A DNA stretch of 64,000 nt from Bdellovibrionota bacterium (GCA_041391365.1 JAWKOC010000003.1:261586-325585), one strand, 5' to 3'. Shown: positions 9,170 to 18,919, counted from the first letter of the stretch. The notes: generated by a model from the letters alone, not told the origin. Made by a program: numbers and translations.

Positions 9170-10734
9170 ACTGCGTTGAGAGATAATTCTTCGGGAAGAT
9201 TTCCCAATGTCTTGAGCCTTTCATTCTCAAGGCGTCCGGAAGCAATGAGTTTGACCGATTGTTCATTGTTGGTTTCCATATCTCGGGCTGTGACGTTCAA
9301 AATTCCGTTGGTATCGATTTCGAACGTTACCTCAATGGCAACTTCCCCAGCTGGAGCTTGCCGCAGACCTTCCAACGTAAACTCTCCCAACATTTCGTTG
9401 TTTTCAGATCGAGAGGATTCCCCTTGAAAAATTCGAATTTTCACCGAACTTTGGTTGTCAACATTGGTGGTGAATGTTCGTGTGTGATCCACAGGAAGTG
9501 GGGTGTTGATATCAATGATCCTTTGAATGAAGCCCCCGCGAATTTCGATTCCAAGAGAGAGAGGCGTAAGATCGACCAACACCACATCGCTGGTTTGTCC
9601 ACCCAGAATGCTTCCCTGAATGGCTGCACCCACCGCAACCACCAACTCGGGATCGATGTCGGTCTTAGGTGCACGCTGAAAATAGCTTTGAACATACTCT
9701 CGGATGGTGGGCATTTTTGTGGGGCCTCCCACGAGAATCAATCCATCCAAGTTGGATACTGAAAGATGAGCTTTTTGAAAGGCCTCGTCGGCCACCAAAA
9801 ATGTCTTCTGCATCAAATCTTCGATCAGTCTTCCGAGTATTTCTCGTGTGAGAGGAACTTTGATGTCATAGGAAGGAGCATTTCCTCGAACAATCCCAGG
9901 AACAAAAACCTCAGCCTGCTGCTCCACGGACAAAATGTGTTTGGCTCGTTCGCATGCCTCTTGAATTTTTTGATACGTTTCTCGGTCTTGAGATGGATCG
10001 TGGTTGTATTTTTTCTTGGCGAAATCGATGGCCCATTGAATGATGCGGGCATCGATGTCATCTCCACCCAAGTATGTATCACCTGCCGTGGAAACCACCT
10101 CAAACACACCATCTCCCAATTCAAGAACAGAAACATCAAAGGTTCCCCCTCCAAGATCGTAAATGGCCACACGTTGATGCTGATCTTTTCCAAACCCGTA
10201 CGCCAAGGCTGCGGCTGTGGGTTCGTTGATGATGCGAAGAACCTCAAGCCCTGCAATCTTTCCAGCATCCACTGTAGCTGCGCGTTGGTTGTCATTGAAG
10301 TAAGCTGGAACCGTAATCACCGCTTTGGAAAAGGTTTCGGAAAAATATTTTTCCGCAATGGTTTTCATTTTCTTGAGCACCATTGCAGAAATTTCTTGGA
10401 GTGTGTATTGATTCCCACGAATTTCCAATTCCACAGAATCGTTGGGACCTTGAACAATCTTATAGGGTTTGAGTTTTCTGGCTTTTTCCACTTCGGGAGA
10501 AAAAATTTTGCGCCCAATCAATCGCTTGGCAGAACTCACGGTGTTCTGCGGATCCATGATCAAGTAGGGTTTGGCCTGATGACCCACCAAAATTTTTCCA
10601 TCGTCACGAAAATGAACCAAAGAAGGATGAACTTTGACTCCGTTTTGATCCGGAACAATGAAAGGCTTTCCATTGACCATGACTGCCACAACCGAAGTCG
10701 TGGTTCCCAAATCTATGCCAAGAATTTTTTCCAC
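9166..10734 (-). CDS. Atypical short Hsp70 family protein (DnaK paralog, ~522 aa)
   Basis: [35 protein letters not shown] ATPase motifs plus a beta-sandwich substrate domain. Ends before the helical lid and tail of canonical DnaK. Confidence 0.9.
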   Translation of the reverse strand: MEKILGIDLGTTTSVVAVMVNGKPFIVPDQNGVKVHPSLVHFRDDGKILVGHQAKPYLIMDPQNTVSSAKRLIGRKIFSPEVEKARKLKPYKIVQGPNDSVELEIRGNQYTLQEISAMVLKKMKTIAEKYFSETFSKAVITVPAYFNDNQRAATVDAGKIAGLEVLRIINEPTAAALAYGFGKDQHQRVAIYDLGGGTFDVSVLELGDGVFEVVSTAGDTYLGGDDIDARIIQWAIDFAKKKYNHDPSQDRETYQKIQEACERAKHILSVEQQAEVFVPGIVRGNAPSYDIKVPLTREILGRLIEDLMQKTFLVADEAFQKAHLSVSNLDGLILVGGPTKMPTIREYVQSYFQRAPKTDIDPELVVAVGAAIQGSILGGQTSDVVLVDLTPLSLGIEIRGGFIQRIIDINTPLPVDHTRTFTTNVDNQSSVKIRIFQGESSRSENNEMLGEFTLEGLRQAPAGEVAIEVTFEIDTNGILNVTARDMETNNEQSVKLIASGRLENERLKTLGNLPEELSLNAV

Positions 10735-10774
10735 AATTGACCCTCAACCTGTAGGATGCTAGCTAGAGGGCCCT

Positions 10775-12013
10775 ATGACCAAAACATCTCAAGCAAACTC
10801 CGTTCGGCTACAAGACATCGAAGATGCGAAACATCGCACCGCTCGCAGTCTCTATTGTACACCATGTACTGGTATTTTTTCGCCTTTTTTTGAACGCGCC
10901 CAACAAAAAGTCTTTCTCAAACTCGAAACCCTTCATCAAACCGGAAGTTTCAAAGAGCGCGGCGCATTAAACAAACTCCTTTTGCTGAAGCAGCAATCTG
11001 AAAACACAAAAGTCATTGGCGCGTCTGCAGGAAATCATGCCCAAGCCGTAGCCTACCATGGAGCAATGTTGGGATTTGATGTGTCGATGATCATGCCCAA
11101 ACACACTCCCAACACCAAAGTGATGCGAACCGAAAAATGGGGAGCTCACATTCAATTGGAAGGGGATACGGTAGATGAATGCATTCGCATCGCCAAAGAA
11201 AAAGCTCAAATGGAGGGCATGGAGTTCGTTCATGCCTTTGATGATGTGGACATCATTGCAGGCCAGGGAACCTTTGGTTTGGAAGTTTTGGAACAGGTGC
11301 AGGATGTAGACATCGTGGTGGTACCCATTGGAGGTGGAGGTTTTATTTCAGGAACTGCCGTCGCCATCAAAAACAAGAAACCTTCCTGCAAAGTGATTGG
11401 CGTTCAAGTGGATCGTTACCCCTCGATTTTTGAACAATTTCATGGACAATCGTCAACCAAAACTCACTATGACCCTACGATTGCCGATGGAATCGCAGTC
11501 AAAGGCATTGGACAGCACACGGTAGAGTTGATTGAACACTATGTAGATGACATTGTCCTGGTCAGCGATGATGAAATTGCGCAAACCATTCTTCACCTTT
11601 TGGAACAAAACAAACTTCTCGCCGAAGGTGCAGGTGCGGCAGGGTTTGCGGCGATCATGCACAATAAAATTCCACAATCCGAAGGAAAAACCATGGTGAC
11701 GCCGATCTGTGGTGGAAACATTGATATGAATTTGCTTTCGAGAATCATTGAGCGCGGGTACATGAAAGAAAGAAAACTCATTCGTTTGAATGTTGTGATC
11801 TCCGATCGACCCGGCTCCCTGAACAAACTCACTGGAGTGCTGGCCAAACTCGGGGCTAACATTTTGCAAATTCATCATCAACGCGCATCCACAGAAGTTC
11901 CTTTTTACAATACAGGCACCGACCTGACCTTGGAAACTCGCGGAGAGACACATGCGCAAGAGATTTTGGATGCTCTCCTCCATGAAACCTACAAGGTCAC
12001 GCTCAAAAATTGA
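10775..12013 (+). CDS. ilvA: Threonine ammonia-lyase (threonine dehydratase) with C-terminal ACT-like domain
   Basis: PLP-lysine motif GSFKERGA, GGGGFISG glycine loop, ~410 aa with a regulatory C-terminal domain. Confidence 0.9.
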   Translation: MTKTSQANSVRLQDIEDAKHRTARSLYCTPCTGIFSPFFERAQQKVFLKLETLHQTGSFKERGALNKLLLLKQQSENTKVIGASAGNHAQAVAYHGAMLGFDVSMIMPKHTPNTKVMRTEKWGAHIQLEGDTVDECIRIAKEKAQMEGMEFVHAFDDVDIIAGQGTFGLEVLEQVQDVDIVVVPIGGGGFISGTAVAIKNKKPSCKVIGVQVDRYPSIFEQFHGQSSTKTHYDPTIADGIAVKGIGQHTVELIEHYVDDIVLVSDDEIAQTILHLLEQNKLLAEGAGAAGFAAIMHNKIPQSEGKTMVTPICGGNIDMNLLSRIIERGYMKERKLIRLNVVISDRPGSLNKLTGVLAKLGANILQIHHQRASTEVPFYNTGTDLTLETRGETHAQEILDALLHETYKVTLKN

Positions 12014-12162
12014 TGAATTTCGCTCATGCGGCGCATGAGCTTGAGCTAGGGGCTGCTGCACAAGGGTCGAACTCAGATGTTTCGGCAAGCAGCATTCATG
12101 TCGAGGGGGAAAAAATGAACATAATCATCATTGTGAATCCGACAACTCAAGCGGCGCATGAG

Positions 12163-13005
12163 CTACGGCTGAAACAAAAAATCTTTGCTGGCCAGCGGTT
12201 TTCTGCGCGCATGTTGCAAGGTTGTGATCATCGAGGGATGCAATTTTTTGTTGCTGGCCACAATTTGACGATTCCACAAATCCTTGATTTTTTTTCCATC
12301 ATAGTCGGTGACTTTTCCGCCAGCTTCTTCCACAAGCAAAATCCCCGCGGCGACATCCCATGGATGAAGACCCGGTTCCCAAAACGCATCAAAACGTCCG
12401 CATGCCACTTGCGCCAAATCCATTGCAGCGGATCCCGGTCTTCGAACGCATCGACTGTTGAGCTCAAAGGTTACAAATTCCGCCATGTTGTTTTCGTTGG
12501 ACTCCTTGCGATTGTAGGGAAATCCTGTAGCCAACAAGGCTTGTGAAAGTTTGGATGTTTTCGAAACCGAAATGGGATTTCCGTTCAGAAATGCGCCCTG
12601 GCCGCGAACCGCATGATAGGTTTCCTTCCACAAAGGATGTTGAATCACTCCCATCCATATCTGCCCCTTCCATACATACGCAATGGAAATTCCAAAAACG
12701 GGGAACCCATGAGAAAAGTTGGTCGTGCCATCGATGGGATCAATGATCCATACCGAACCGTGGTTGAGTTTTACATTGTGATCACTTTCCTCCGCCAAAA
12801 TATGATGATCTGGAAAATGCTTCAAGATGATGGATTTGACGACCTTTTCGCTGGCCACATCGGCGGTCGTCACCAGATCACTTTCGCCTTTGAGACGAGT
12901 TTCAAAATCTCGCTTCAAGGAATGTTTTTTGACCAAGGCCGAGGCCTTGCGTGCAGCCTCCAAGGCAACGCGTTCAATCTCTTTGATGTTTGGCATATTT
13001 TTCAT
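12163..13005 (-). CDS. suhB: Inositol monophosphatase family protein (SuhB-like)
   Basis: IMPase signatures LAEESD, WIIDPIDGTTNF, GSAAMDLAQVACGRFDAFWE. Confidence 0.9.
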   Translation of the reverse strand: MKNMPNIKEIERVALEAARKASALVKKHSLKRDFETRLKGESDLVTTADVASEKVVKSIILKHFPDHHILAEESDHNVKLNHGSVWIIDPIDGTTNFSHGFPVFGISIAYVWKGQIWMGVIQHPLWKETYHAVRGQGAFLNGNPISVSKTSKLSQALLATGFPYNRKESNENNMAEFVTFELNSRCVRRPGSAAMDLAQVACGRFDAFWEPGLHPWDVAAGILLVEEAGGKVTDYDGKKIKDLWNRQIVASNKKLHPSMITTLQHARRKPLASKDFLFQP

Positions 13006-13027
13006 GTGTTTTTCCTATGGAACGATC

Positions 13028-13048
13028 GATTCAAGAGAGTCTTGAATC
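13028..13048. promoter_or_regulatory. Perfect 9-3-9 inverted repeat, candidate enhancer (UAS) or suhB leader element
   Basis: GATTCAAGA-GAG-TCTTGAATC. Lies about 135 bp upstream of the sigma-54 -24 element and 23 nt upstream of the suhB start on the other strand. Confidence 0.3.
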
Positions 13049-13173
13049 ATTTCCGGCTAGAGTTGAGTCATAAATCAGCACAAGGGAACCTCATTCCGAA
13101 CGAAGTGTAAACTTTTGGTTCTTTTTTTCCAAGGTTATTTTTTTAACTATTCAATATCAAAGGGCTTTGCCGA

Positions 13174-13189
13174 TGGCATCAGAATTGCT
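13174..13189 (+). promoter_or_regulatory. Sigma-54 (-24/-12) promoter
   Basis: TGGCATCAGAATTGCT matches TGGCAC-N5-TTGCW with exact GG/GC spacing. Confidence 0.6.
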
Positions 13190-13199
13190 TATGTAATGG

Positions 13200-13360
13200 G
13201 CATGAAACAAACATTCAAAATGAAACTCGAAGGAAGGGAAGAATAGACCCAAACTGATTGTGGATCTTAGACTCCAAACCACCTGAAAACGATGGTGGGA
13301 TGACACAAAAAGTTACAACAACACGAAAAAGCCTGAGAGATAATCTCAGGCTTTTTTTTT
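13200..13360 (+). ncRNA. Candidate sigma-54-dependent small RNA (~160 nt)
   Basis: Bounded by the sigma-54 promoter and a strong intrinsic terminator. No credible ORF inside. Internal hairpin CCACC...GGTGG. Confidence 0.45.
13330..13360 (+). terminator. Rho-independent terminator
   Basis: Stem AGCCTGAGA / TCTCAGGCT (9 bp), 5-nt loop, followed by T9. Confidence 0.8.
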
Positions 13361-13491
13361 GAATATCGTCCCACAGGCCAGGGACGATGAAGTGCCGAAA
13401 AAATGCACAATTTGCTTGGTTTCGACCGACGTTATCGCGTAAAATAAAAGATATCCGCAAACGTCTGAGCAGAAAGTAGGCATCGCTCCTC

Positions 13492-15333
13492 ATGGAATAT
13501 GAAAAAACCCAGCCCCAGTTTCTCGACAAAATCGATGACAGCAAAAGCACCCCCCTTGAAAAATCGTATCTTGTCGCGATGACCGGCCCCCAAGCTGGGA
13601 CGGTATTCACCTTGAGTGAAGGGATCATGATCGTGGGTCGACAACCCACCGCGGACATTTTTCTCAGCGATCATCAGGTTTCACGAAATCATGCAGAGTT
13701 TGTGACCAACATGGGTGAAACTCAGGTGCAAGATCTAGGGTCAACCAACGGTACGTTCGTCAATGGGGAAAAGCTTGAAAAAAAAGTGGCCATCTCCGAT
13801 GGAGACGAGGTGCAGCTTGGAGCCACGTGCTTTCGATTTTCGATTCACAATCCGATTGACGGAAACCGCCTCGGCCTGAACAACCATGGATATTTCGAAA
13901 CACGTATGCACGAAGAGCTTGATCGAGCGTCGCGCTACAAACGAGATTTGTCCATTCTCATGATTGGCCCCAGCATCGAGCCCAAAGACATTCCAGACAA
14001 TGCCAAATTGCTTTCGGATCATTACCCAGATGTCGTCGAAAAAATCCAACAGATCATTCGAACCATGGATTTGTTGGCTCACTATGGAAAGTATGAGCTT
14101 GAGCTGCTTCTGCCTGAAACTTCCAAAAAAGATGCATCTGTATTGGCCAATCGAATCTTGGCCGATGCAACCTTTGGAAAAGATGGAAAGCTATCCATCG
14201 GTGTAGCATCTTTTCCAGAAGATGGTCGAACCCCGGACATCTTGATTGAAAAATCTCGATCGGCTCTCAAAAAAGCTCGGATTGAACATGTCAAACAACC
14301 CGTGGTCATCGATCCCAAAGAAGAGGCCCACCGACTCATTCTCTCGAATCAAAAAGAAGTCATTGTTCGCAGCGAAAAAATGAAAGAGCTGTTTGATGTG
14401 ATTGAACGAATTTCCAAATCCACCATCACTGTATTGATCCAAGGAGAAACAGGGGTCGGAAAAGAAGTGGTGGCTGAAACCATCCACACCCGCAGCGATC
14501 GAAGCAAAAAACCTCTGGTTTGCGTGAACTGTGCGGCGCTGACAGAAACCTTGCTGGAGAGTGAGCTCTTCGGGCATGAAAAAGGTTCTTTCACAGGAGC
14601 AGATCAAACCAAGGTTGGATTGTTTGAAAGTGCAAATGGAGGAACCATCTTCCTGGATGAAATTGGAGAAATGCCTCTCAAAACACAAGCCAAACTGTTG
14701 CGTGTACTGCAAGCCAAAAAAATCATGCGTGTGGGCTCCAACAAAGAACTCGACACTGATGTACGTGTGATTGCTGCCACCAATCGAAAACTTGAAAAGC
14801 AAGTTGAGGACAAAGTGTTTCGAGAAGATTTATTTTATCGTCTCAATGCAGCCACAGTCACCATTCCTCCTCTTCGAGAGCGAAAAAAAGAAATCCCCTA
14901 TTTGGTGCAAACATTCATCAAAGAATGCAGTTCCGAAAACGGTATCGAGAAAAAGGAAATTTCTCCAGACGCTCTCGATGTATTGATGAAATATTCTTGG
15001 CCGGGCAACATTCGAGAACTTCGGAACACCATCGAACGAGCTGTAGTAATTTCCGAGGGAGAAACCATCTACAAAGAAGCTCTGACCAGTCGATTGACTT
15101 CCGATGTGGATCAAGTTTCTACCGGAGCTTCCATTGAGAGTTTGGACAGCGCGGTGGACTCAACCATGGTGGGAGACATGAAAGAAGTGGTCGCCGCTTA
15201 TGAACGAGACATCATCATCAATGCGTTGAAAAAAACGCAGTGGAACCAAACCAAAGCCGCAGATTTGTTAAATGTTCCACGAAGAACGTTGGTTTCGAAG
15301 ATCAAGAAATACAAAATCAAAGATCACGAATAA
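13492..15333 (+). CDS. Sigma-54-dependent transcriptional activator with FHA and degenerate GGDEF-like domains
   Basis: FHA (GRQPTADIFLSDHQVSRNHAEF...GSTNGTFVNG). GGDEF-like middle domain with AHYGKYELELLL in place of RxGGDEF. AAA+ GETGVGKE and ESELFGHEKGSFTGA. C-terminal Fis-type HTH AADLLNVPRRTLVSKIKKY. Confidence 0.9.
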   Translation: MEYEKTQPQFLDKIDDSKSTPLEKSYLVAMTGPQAGTVFTLSEGIMIVGRQPTADIFLSDHQVSRNHAEFVTNMGETQVQDLGSTNGTFVNGEKLEKKVAISDGDEVQLGATCFRFSIHNPIDGNRLGLNNHGYFETRMHEELDRASRYKRDLSILMIGPSIEPKDIPDNAKLLSDHYPDVVEKIQQIIRTMDLLAHYGKYELELLLPETSKKDASVLANRILADATFGKDGKLSIGVASFPEDGRTPDILIEKSRSALKKARIEHVKQPVVIDPKEEAHRLILSNQKEVIVRSEKMKELFDVIERISKSTITVLIQGETGVGKEVVAETIHTRSDRSKKPLVCVNCAALTETLLESELFGHEKGSFTGADQTKVGLFESANGGTIFLDEIGEMPLKTQAKLLRVLQAKKIMRVGSNKELDTDVRVIAATNRKLEKQVEDKVFREDLFYRLNAATVTIPPLRERKKEIPYLVQTFIKECSSENGIEKKEISPDALDVLMKYSWPGNIRELRNTIERAVVISEGETIYKEALTSRLTSDVDQVSTGASIESLDSAVDSTMVGDMKEVVAAYERDIIINALKKTQWNQTKAADLLNVPRRTLVSKIKKYKIKDHE

Positions 15334-15345
15334 GTTGGAGGTAGG

Positions 15346-15948
15346 ATGAAAAAAATTCAATCTCATCAAAATCTTGAAGGTTTTTTTTATCAACAGATCA
15401 AGAATGTTGTGGAAAAAAATTCCATGAACTTGGATGAGGCCTTGGGATTTTATTTGGTGAATCTGTTGTCTACGACACACCAAAAAATTGCCCAATCTGA
15501 CCCATCGGTCATGGACACTCCTCTTGCGCTACTTTTTGGAAAAGCGCAGTCTTCCGAAGACTTGCTCGAAAAACGCGCGCTGTGGAAAAACCTGGGGGAT
15601 CACTCCCTGTACATTTCCGGATTTTTTTCGGATCACCTGACCAAAAGTGCCGTGGACATTGACTACTATATGCACATGGGTGGGACCGCTTATCAAAACG
15701 TTTCTTTTTTGTCTCGGGAGAGCCGAGATCAGCGAGCATTGTCGGACATGTTTGAGAGTTTGGCGAAAAGGTTTCGTGAAATGGTTGATTTGCTCTCTCA
15801 GATCAGCGAATCGGTGGGAATCACGTCCAACGAAGATATTCTTCGGATCTATGAGCGATGGATCCATACCAAAAGCCAACATCTTTTGAAAAAACTCCAG
15901 AACGAAGGCATTGATCCTCTGAATGCAAAGAAAAAAAATTTGCATTGA
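15346..15948 (+). CDS. Hypothetical protein (no recognised domain)
   Basis: 200-aa ORF 12 nt after the activator gene, same strand. No motif recognised. Confidence 0.6.
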   Translation: MKKIQSHQNLEGFFYQQIKNVVEKNSMNLDEALGFYLVNLLSTTHQKIAQSDPSVMDTPLALLFGKAQSSEDLLEKRALWKNLGDHSLYISGFFSDHLTKSAVDIDYYMHMGGTAYQNVSFLSRESRDQRALSDMFESLAKRFREMVDLLSQISESVGITSNEDILRIYERWIHTKSQHLLKKLQNEGIDPLNAKKKNLH

Positions 15949-15966
15949 TCCAAAGGTATTTTTAAG

Positions 15967-16563
15967 ATGTTTGGGCAGTATCTACATCGACAATTGCAAT
16001 TTCTCTACGGGTGGACATCCGATCTCGACATTCAATCTTTTTTGACCCCTCACACATCTTCCTCTGCGTCCTCTTCTGTTCTTTTTCGTCAAAACCAAGA
16101 AGATGTGGAAATTTCCATTGTTCTCAGACCAAAATTGTTTTCTTTGGCTCGTCGAAACAACATTCCCTCCATGCATTTGGCAGATTTTTGTGAACTCGTT
16201 GAAGAAATCAGTCATTTTACCTACCTCACGTTTTGTCTACAGCGACAAAAGCGTGTGAGTTTGTTGGATTTGGAATTGCAGGGTGAGATCGACAAATACC
16301 TGCTCTCCTCTCAAGGGTTTGCATCTGAAAAGCAACTGTTTGAACGCATTTTTGAACGTAGCGCATATCGACAGGGGATGTCTATTCCTATGCTTCACCG
16401 CTATCAGTTGGCCAACCACTTGGGAGGAAAGTTCATTCGAAAAATGGGCCTTCATCATGGTAGAGGAGGTTTTTCATCTTCACTTCTTCAAAAACTTCGA
16501 TGGTTCTATCGACGCCCTTCGTTGGAAAAATGGGCCCATATCGAAAAAACAGAAAATCTTTGA
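15967..16563 (+). CDS. Hypothetical protein (no recognised domain)
   Basis: 198-aa ORF 18 nt after the previous gene, same strand. No motif recognised. Confidence 0.6.
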   Translation: MFGQYLHRQLQFLYGWTSDLDIQSFLTPHTSSSASSSVLFRQNQEDVEISIVLRPKLFSLARRNNIPSMHLADFCELVEEISHFTYLTFCLQRQKRVSLLDLELQGEIDKYLLSSQGFASEKQLFERIFERSAYRQGMSIPMLHRYQLANHLGGKFIRKMGLHHGRGGFSSSLLQKLRWFYRRPSLEKWAHIEKTENL

Positions 16564-16595
16564 TCAATCATTGAGATCATGTAGGAGTAGGCACA

Positions 16596-16940
16596 ATGAG
16601 CAAAGAACAACGATCGGTAAAACGAGTCCCATTCAAATTGAAAGTGGATTACAAAGCTGAAGGAAATTTTCTCTATGAAAATGCCACCAACATCAGTGAG
16701 CATGGCATTTTCATCGAAACCAAAAAACCTCTCAAGCCTGGAACCGTGTTGCAATTGCAATTTACGCTTCCCGAAAGTCGCAAAACTTTGAAAGTGATGG
16801 GAATGGTCAAATGGATCAACCCCTTTCGTGAAAATGCTGACGAAAACTACAATCCCGGGATGGGTGTGCAGTTCGAAAGTTTGGGAGACATCGACAGAGA
16901 AATGCTCCTCAACGCCATCAAACGCATCGCGGTTTTGTAA
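16596..16940 (+). CDS. Single-domain PilZ protein (putative c-di-GMP receptor)
   Basis: KRVPFKLKV (RxxxR-like) and NISEHGIFIET (D/NxSxxG) PilZ motifs. 114 aa. Confidence 0.85.
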   Translation: MSKEQRSVKRVPFKLKVDYKAEGNFLYENATNISEHGIFIETKKPLKPGTVLQLQFTLPESRKTLKVMGMVKWINPFRENADENYNPGMGVQFESLGDIDREMLLNAIKRIAVL

Positions 16941-16982
16941 CATACCGCATTCGTTGGTGAAGATCCCTCTCAACCCCTGACG

Positions 16983-17531
16983 TTAAGGTGTAAACTCTTC
17001 CAAAGCAAGCACTTCGCCTTTGTCATTGTATGTGACATTCCAATTCTTGATCCATCCAAACGCGTCTCTTGATCGGAAACTGCCTTGCCATGCATCTTTG
17101 ACTCGCTTGGGCGAAAAAAGCTTCCCTGCAGAAACAGGTATGAGTCTGCTGGTCGAGCGATGCGCAAGCAAGAACATTGACAACCATTGGTCATGTTTGG
17201 AAAGGTTGGATGTAGACAAATCTACCTTTTGTTTTCGAATCCATTCGTTCCACACGGACAGTTGAGACAATTCAAACACATACACCTTTTCATCTTCGAT
17301 GGCAGCCAACCATTCTGGATGTGGAAAAAAATCTGTGGTGCTTACACGATAAAGTTCAGCTCCTGGAACCAAGGCGTTGCCGAATTGCACGCCAAAAAAT
17401 TCACAGTTGGCACAAACGGCATCCCGAAGTCGAATCGATGAAATCACCTGATCCAAAGAAGAAGCATGGGCCATGCCCGCTCCCATAATCAGAGCCATGC
17501 ATGTTCCAGCCATGAACCTACGGATGAGCAA
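16983..17531 (-). CDS. Hypothetical secreted protein
   Basis: Signal-peptide-like N-terminus MAGTCMALIMGAGMAHASS. Overlaps the upstream gene by 14 nt. Confidence 0.55.
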   Translation of the reverse strand: MLIRRFMAGTCMALIMGAGMAHASSLDQVISSIRLRDAVCANCEFFGVQFGNALVPGAELYRVSTTDFFPHPEWLAAIEDEKVYVFELSQLSVWNEWIRKQKVDLSTSNLSKHDQWLSMFLLAHRSTSRLIPVSAGKLFSPKRVKDAWQGSFRSRDAFGWIKNWNVTYNDKGEVLALEEFTP

Positions 17532-18768
17532 TGCCAGCCTCCAATTCTTGGAATCGTTGAAAAAGAATCAACCCTTGAGCATTGGACGATGTGGAATCCG
17601 CGCTTTTGGAAGATTTTTTGTATTTCAATTGTTGCTGTCGAAGCAAGGCATGGGAGGCACGATCCACATAGATCATGGCGAGGGAAACCGCGTATCTGGC
17701 TTGTTCAGGTGTATTGATCGTGGGGTTTACGTAGATTTTTTTGTTTCGTACATCGACCACCACAAGTTGATCGTGAAAAAAGCGGTCCAACCGAACGAAA
17801 TGATCGACGTTGACCACCATCTGTCCTACGGCTTTTTCGAGCAATGCTTGGGTTTTTTTCCGACCCATGTTGTCCATGAGCATTTGAAAATTTCGATTGG
17901 CAGCCAGGGTCCACGGATCATTTTCTTGCATCGGTTTGCCAAGCGATTCAAAGAAAAGCTGCGCGAAATCTACCTTGGACTTGGCAATCATGCTGATCAA
18001 CTGATTGGGAGAGGGCCCCTGAAAAGATTCCAGCTGCTTCAAAAAAGAATAAGACCCTTGTTTTTCATATTGGCGAGACCTGCTCAGAAAACCTTCGCCA
18101 TTTTCCTGAGAAGTTCCTACACCCATGGTCGTTTGAATGGCCATGATTTGTGCCAAATTTTCCACCGCGGCTCGCTGAGGGGAAGATCCTCCCTGTCCGC
18201 CGGCCACGCAAGAATTCATCATCTTTGCCATGGACAAGGCTTGGTCCATCGATGCCTCGGAACCTGAGGAAGAAGGGCCTCCGACCGAACCTGAATCGCC
18301 ATGAAGAGCTCGATTCATGAGTTCATTCCATTTCAGAGCCTGACCCAACTGACGCCTTTCCTGAATCTTCTGTTCTTTTGCATCCGCCGCATGGTTGGAC
18401 CCGGGTGTGATCCCTTCAAACCCAAAAATCAATTCCACCAATCGCTCCACCGAGGTCGATGTGGCTTTGCCCGACCACAGAGAGCTCGCCACGAGACTGC
18501 CCGGCTGCATCACGCCAAGATTCATTTGCCCTTCACTGTCTGTCACCAAACGATAAACATTGGCTCCAATGCGAAACGAATAGGTTGTTGTGCGAAAACT
18601 CCCTCTTTCCCGAACGGATTGTTCAAAGAGTAGTTTTTTTCCCAGGGTTTGACCCACTTGGTCGAGCATGTGCTGAACCTGCTGGCTCTGAAAGCTCTGT
18701 GCCCATCCAACGGCTGGATAAGCCATTGAAATCAAAGAGATCAAATATGCGATGCGAAGCCATTTCAT
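17518..18768 (-). CDS. Hypothetical secreted protein
   Basis: Signal peptide MKWLRIAYLISLISMAYPAVGWAQ, a Gly/Ser-rich central linker, no recognised domain. Confidence 0.6.
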   Translation of the reverse strand: MKWLRIAYLISLISMAYPAVGWAQSFQSQQVQHMLDQVGQTLGKKLLFEQSVRERGSFRTTTYSFRIGANVYRLVTDSEGQMNLGVMQPGSLVASSLWSGKATSTSVERLVELIFGFEGITPGSNHAADAKEQKIQERRQLGQALKWNELMNRALHGDSGSVGGPSSSGSEASMDQALSMAKMMNSCVAGGQGGSSPQRAAVENLAQIMAIQTTMGVGTSQENGEGFLSRSRQYEKQGSYSFLKQLESFQGPSPNQLISMIAKSKVDFAQLFFESLGKPMQENDPWTLAANRNFQMLMDNMGRKKTQALLEKAVGQMVVNVDHFVRLDRFFHDQLVVVDVRNKKIYVNPTINTPEQARYAVSLAMIYVDRASHALLRQQQLKYKKSSKSADSTSSNAQGLILFQRFQELEAGIAHP

Positions 18769-18919
18769 ACACTAACCGTATTGTATCATGCTCATTCTCG
18801 TACGGAAAATGGAGCGGGGCGGTCCTTTTGGTCAAATTCAGTGGAACTTTGATCAACCGGAAAAGTTCAAGTAAAGTTTCTCTCCTATACTATAGATAAA
18901 AAAGGTAGGATGTAAGGCA

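Noticed and set aside
9766-10740. 324-aa plus-strand ORF
   Set aside because: It lies entirely antisense to the well-supported Hsp70 gene, has no recognisable motifs and a low-complexity composition. It is a shadow ORF.
12022-12164. Hairpin GCTCATGC-GGC-GCATGAGC after the ilvA stop, and a 14-nt direct repeat GCGGCGCATGAGCT (12028 and 12151)
   Set aside because: No U-run follows the hairpin. The second copy overlaps the suhB stop codon region. With only two short copies I cannot distinguish chance or terminator remnants from a real element.
13196-13246. 16-codon mini-ORF (MGMKQTFKMKLEGREE) inside the candidate sRNA
   Set aside because: It has no Shine-Dalgarno. Its ATG lies at or before the predicted sigma-54 transcription start. 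It is too short to support as coding without conservation data.
13215-13658. 147-aa minus-strand ORF spanning the sRNA candidate and the start of the activator gene
   Set aside because: It overlaps the FHA-coding 5' end of a confident gene, runs through a strong terminator hairpin and has no RBS or motifs.
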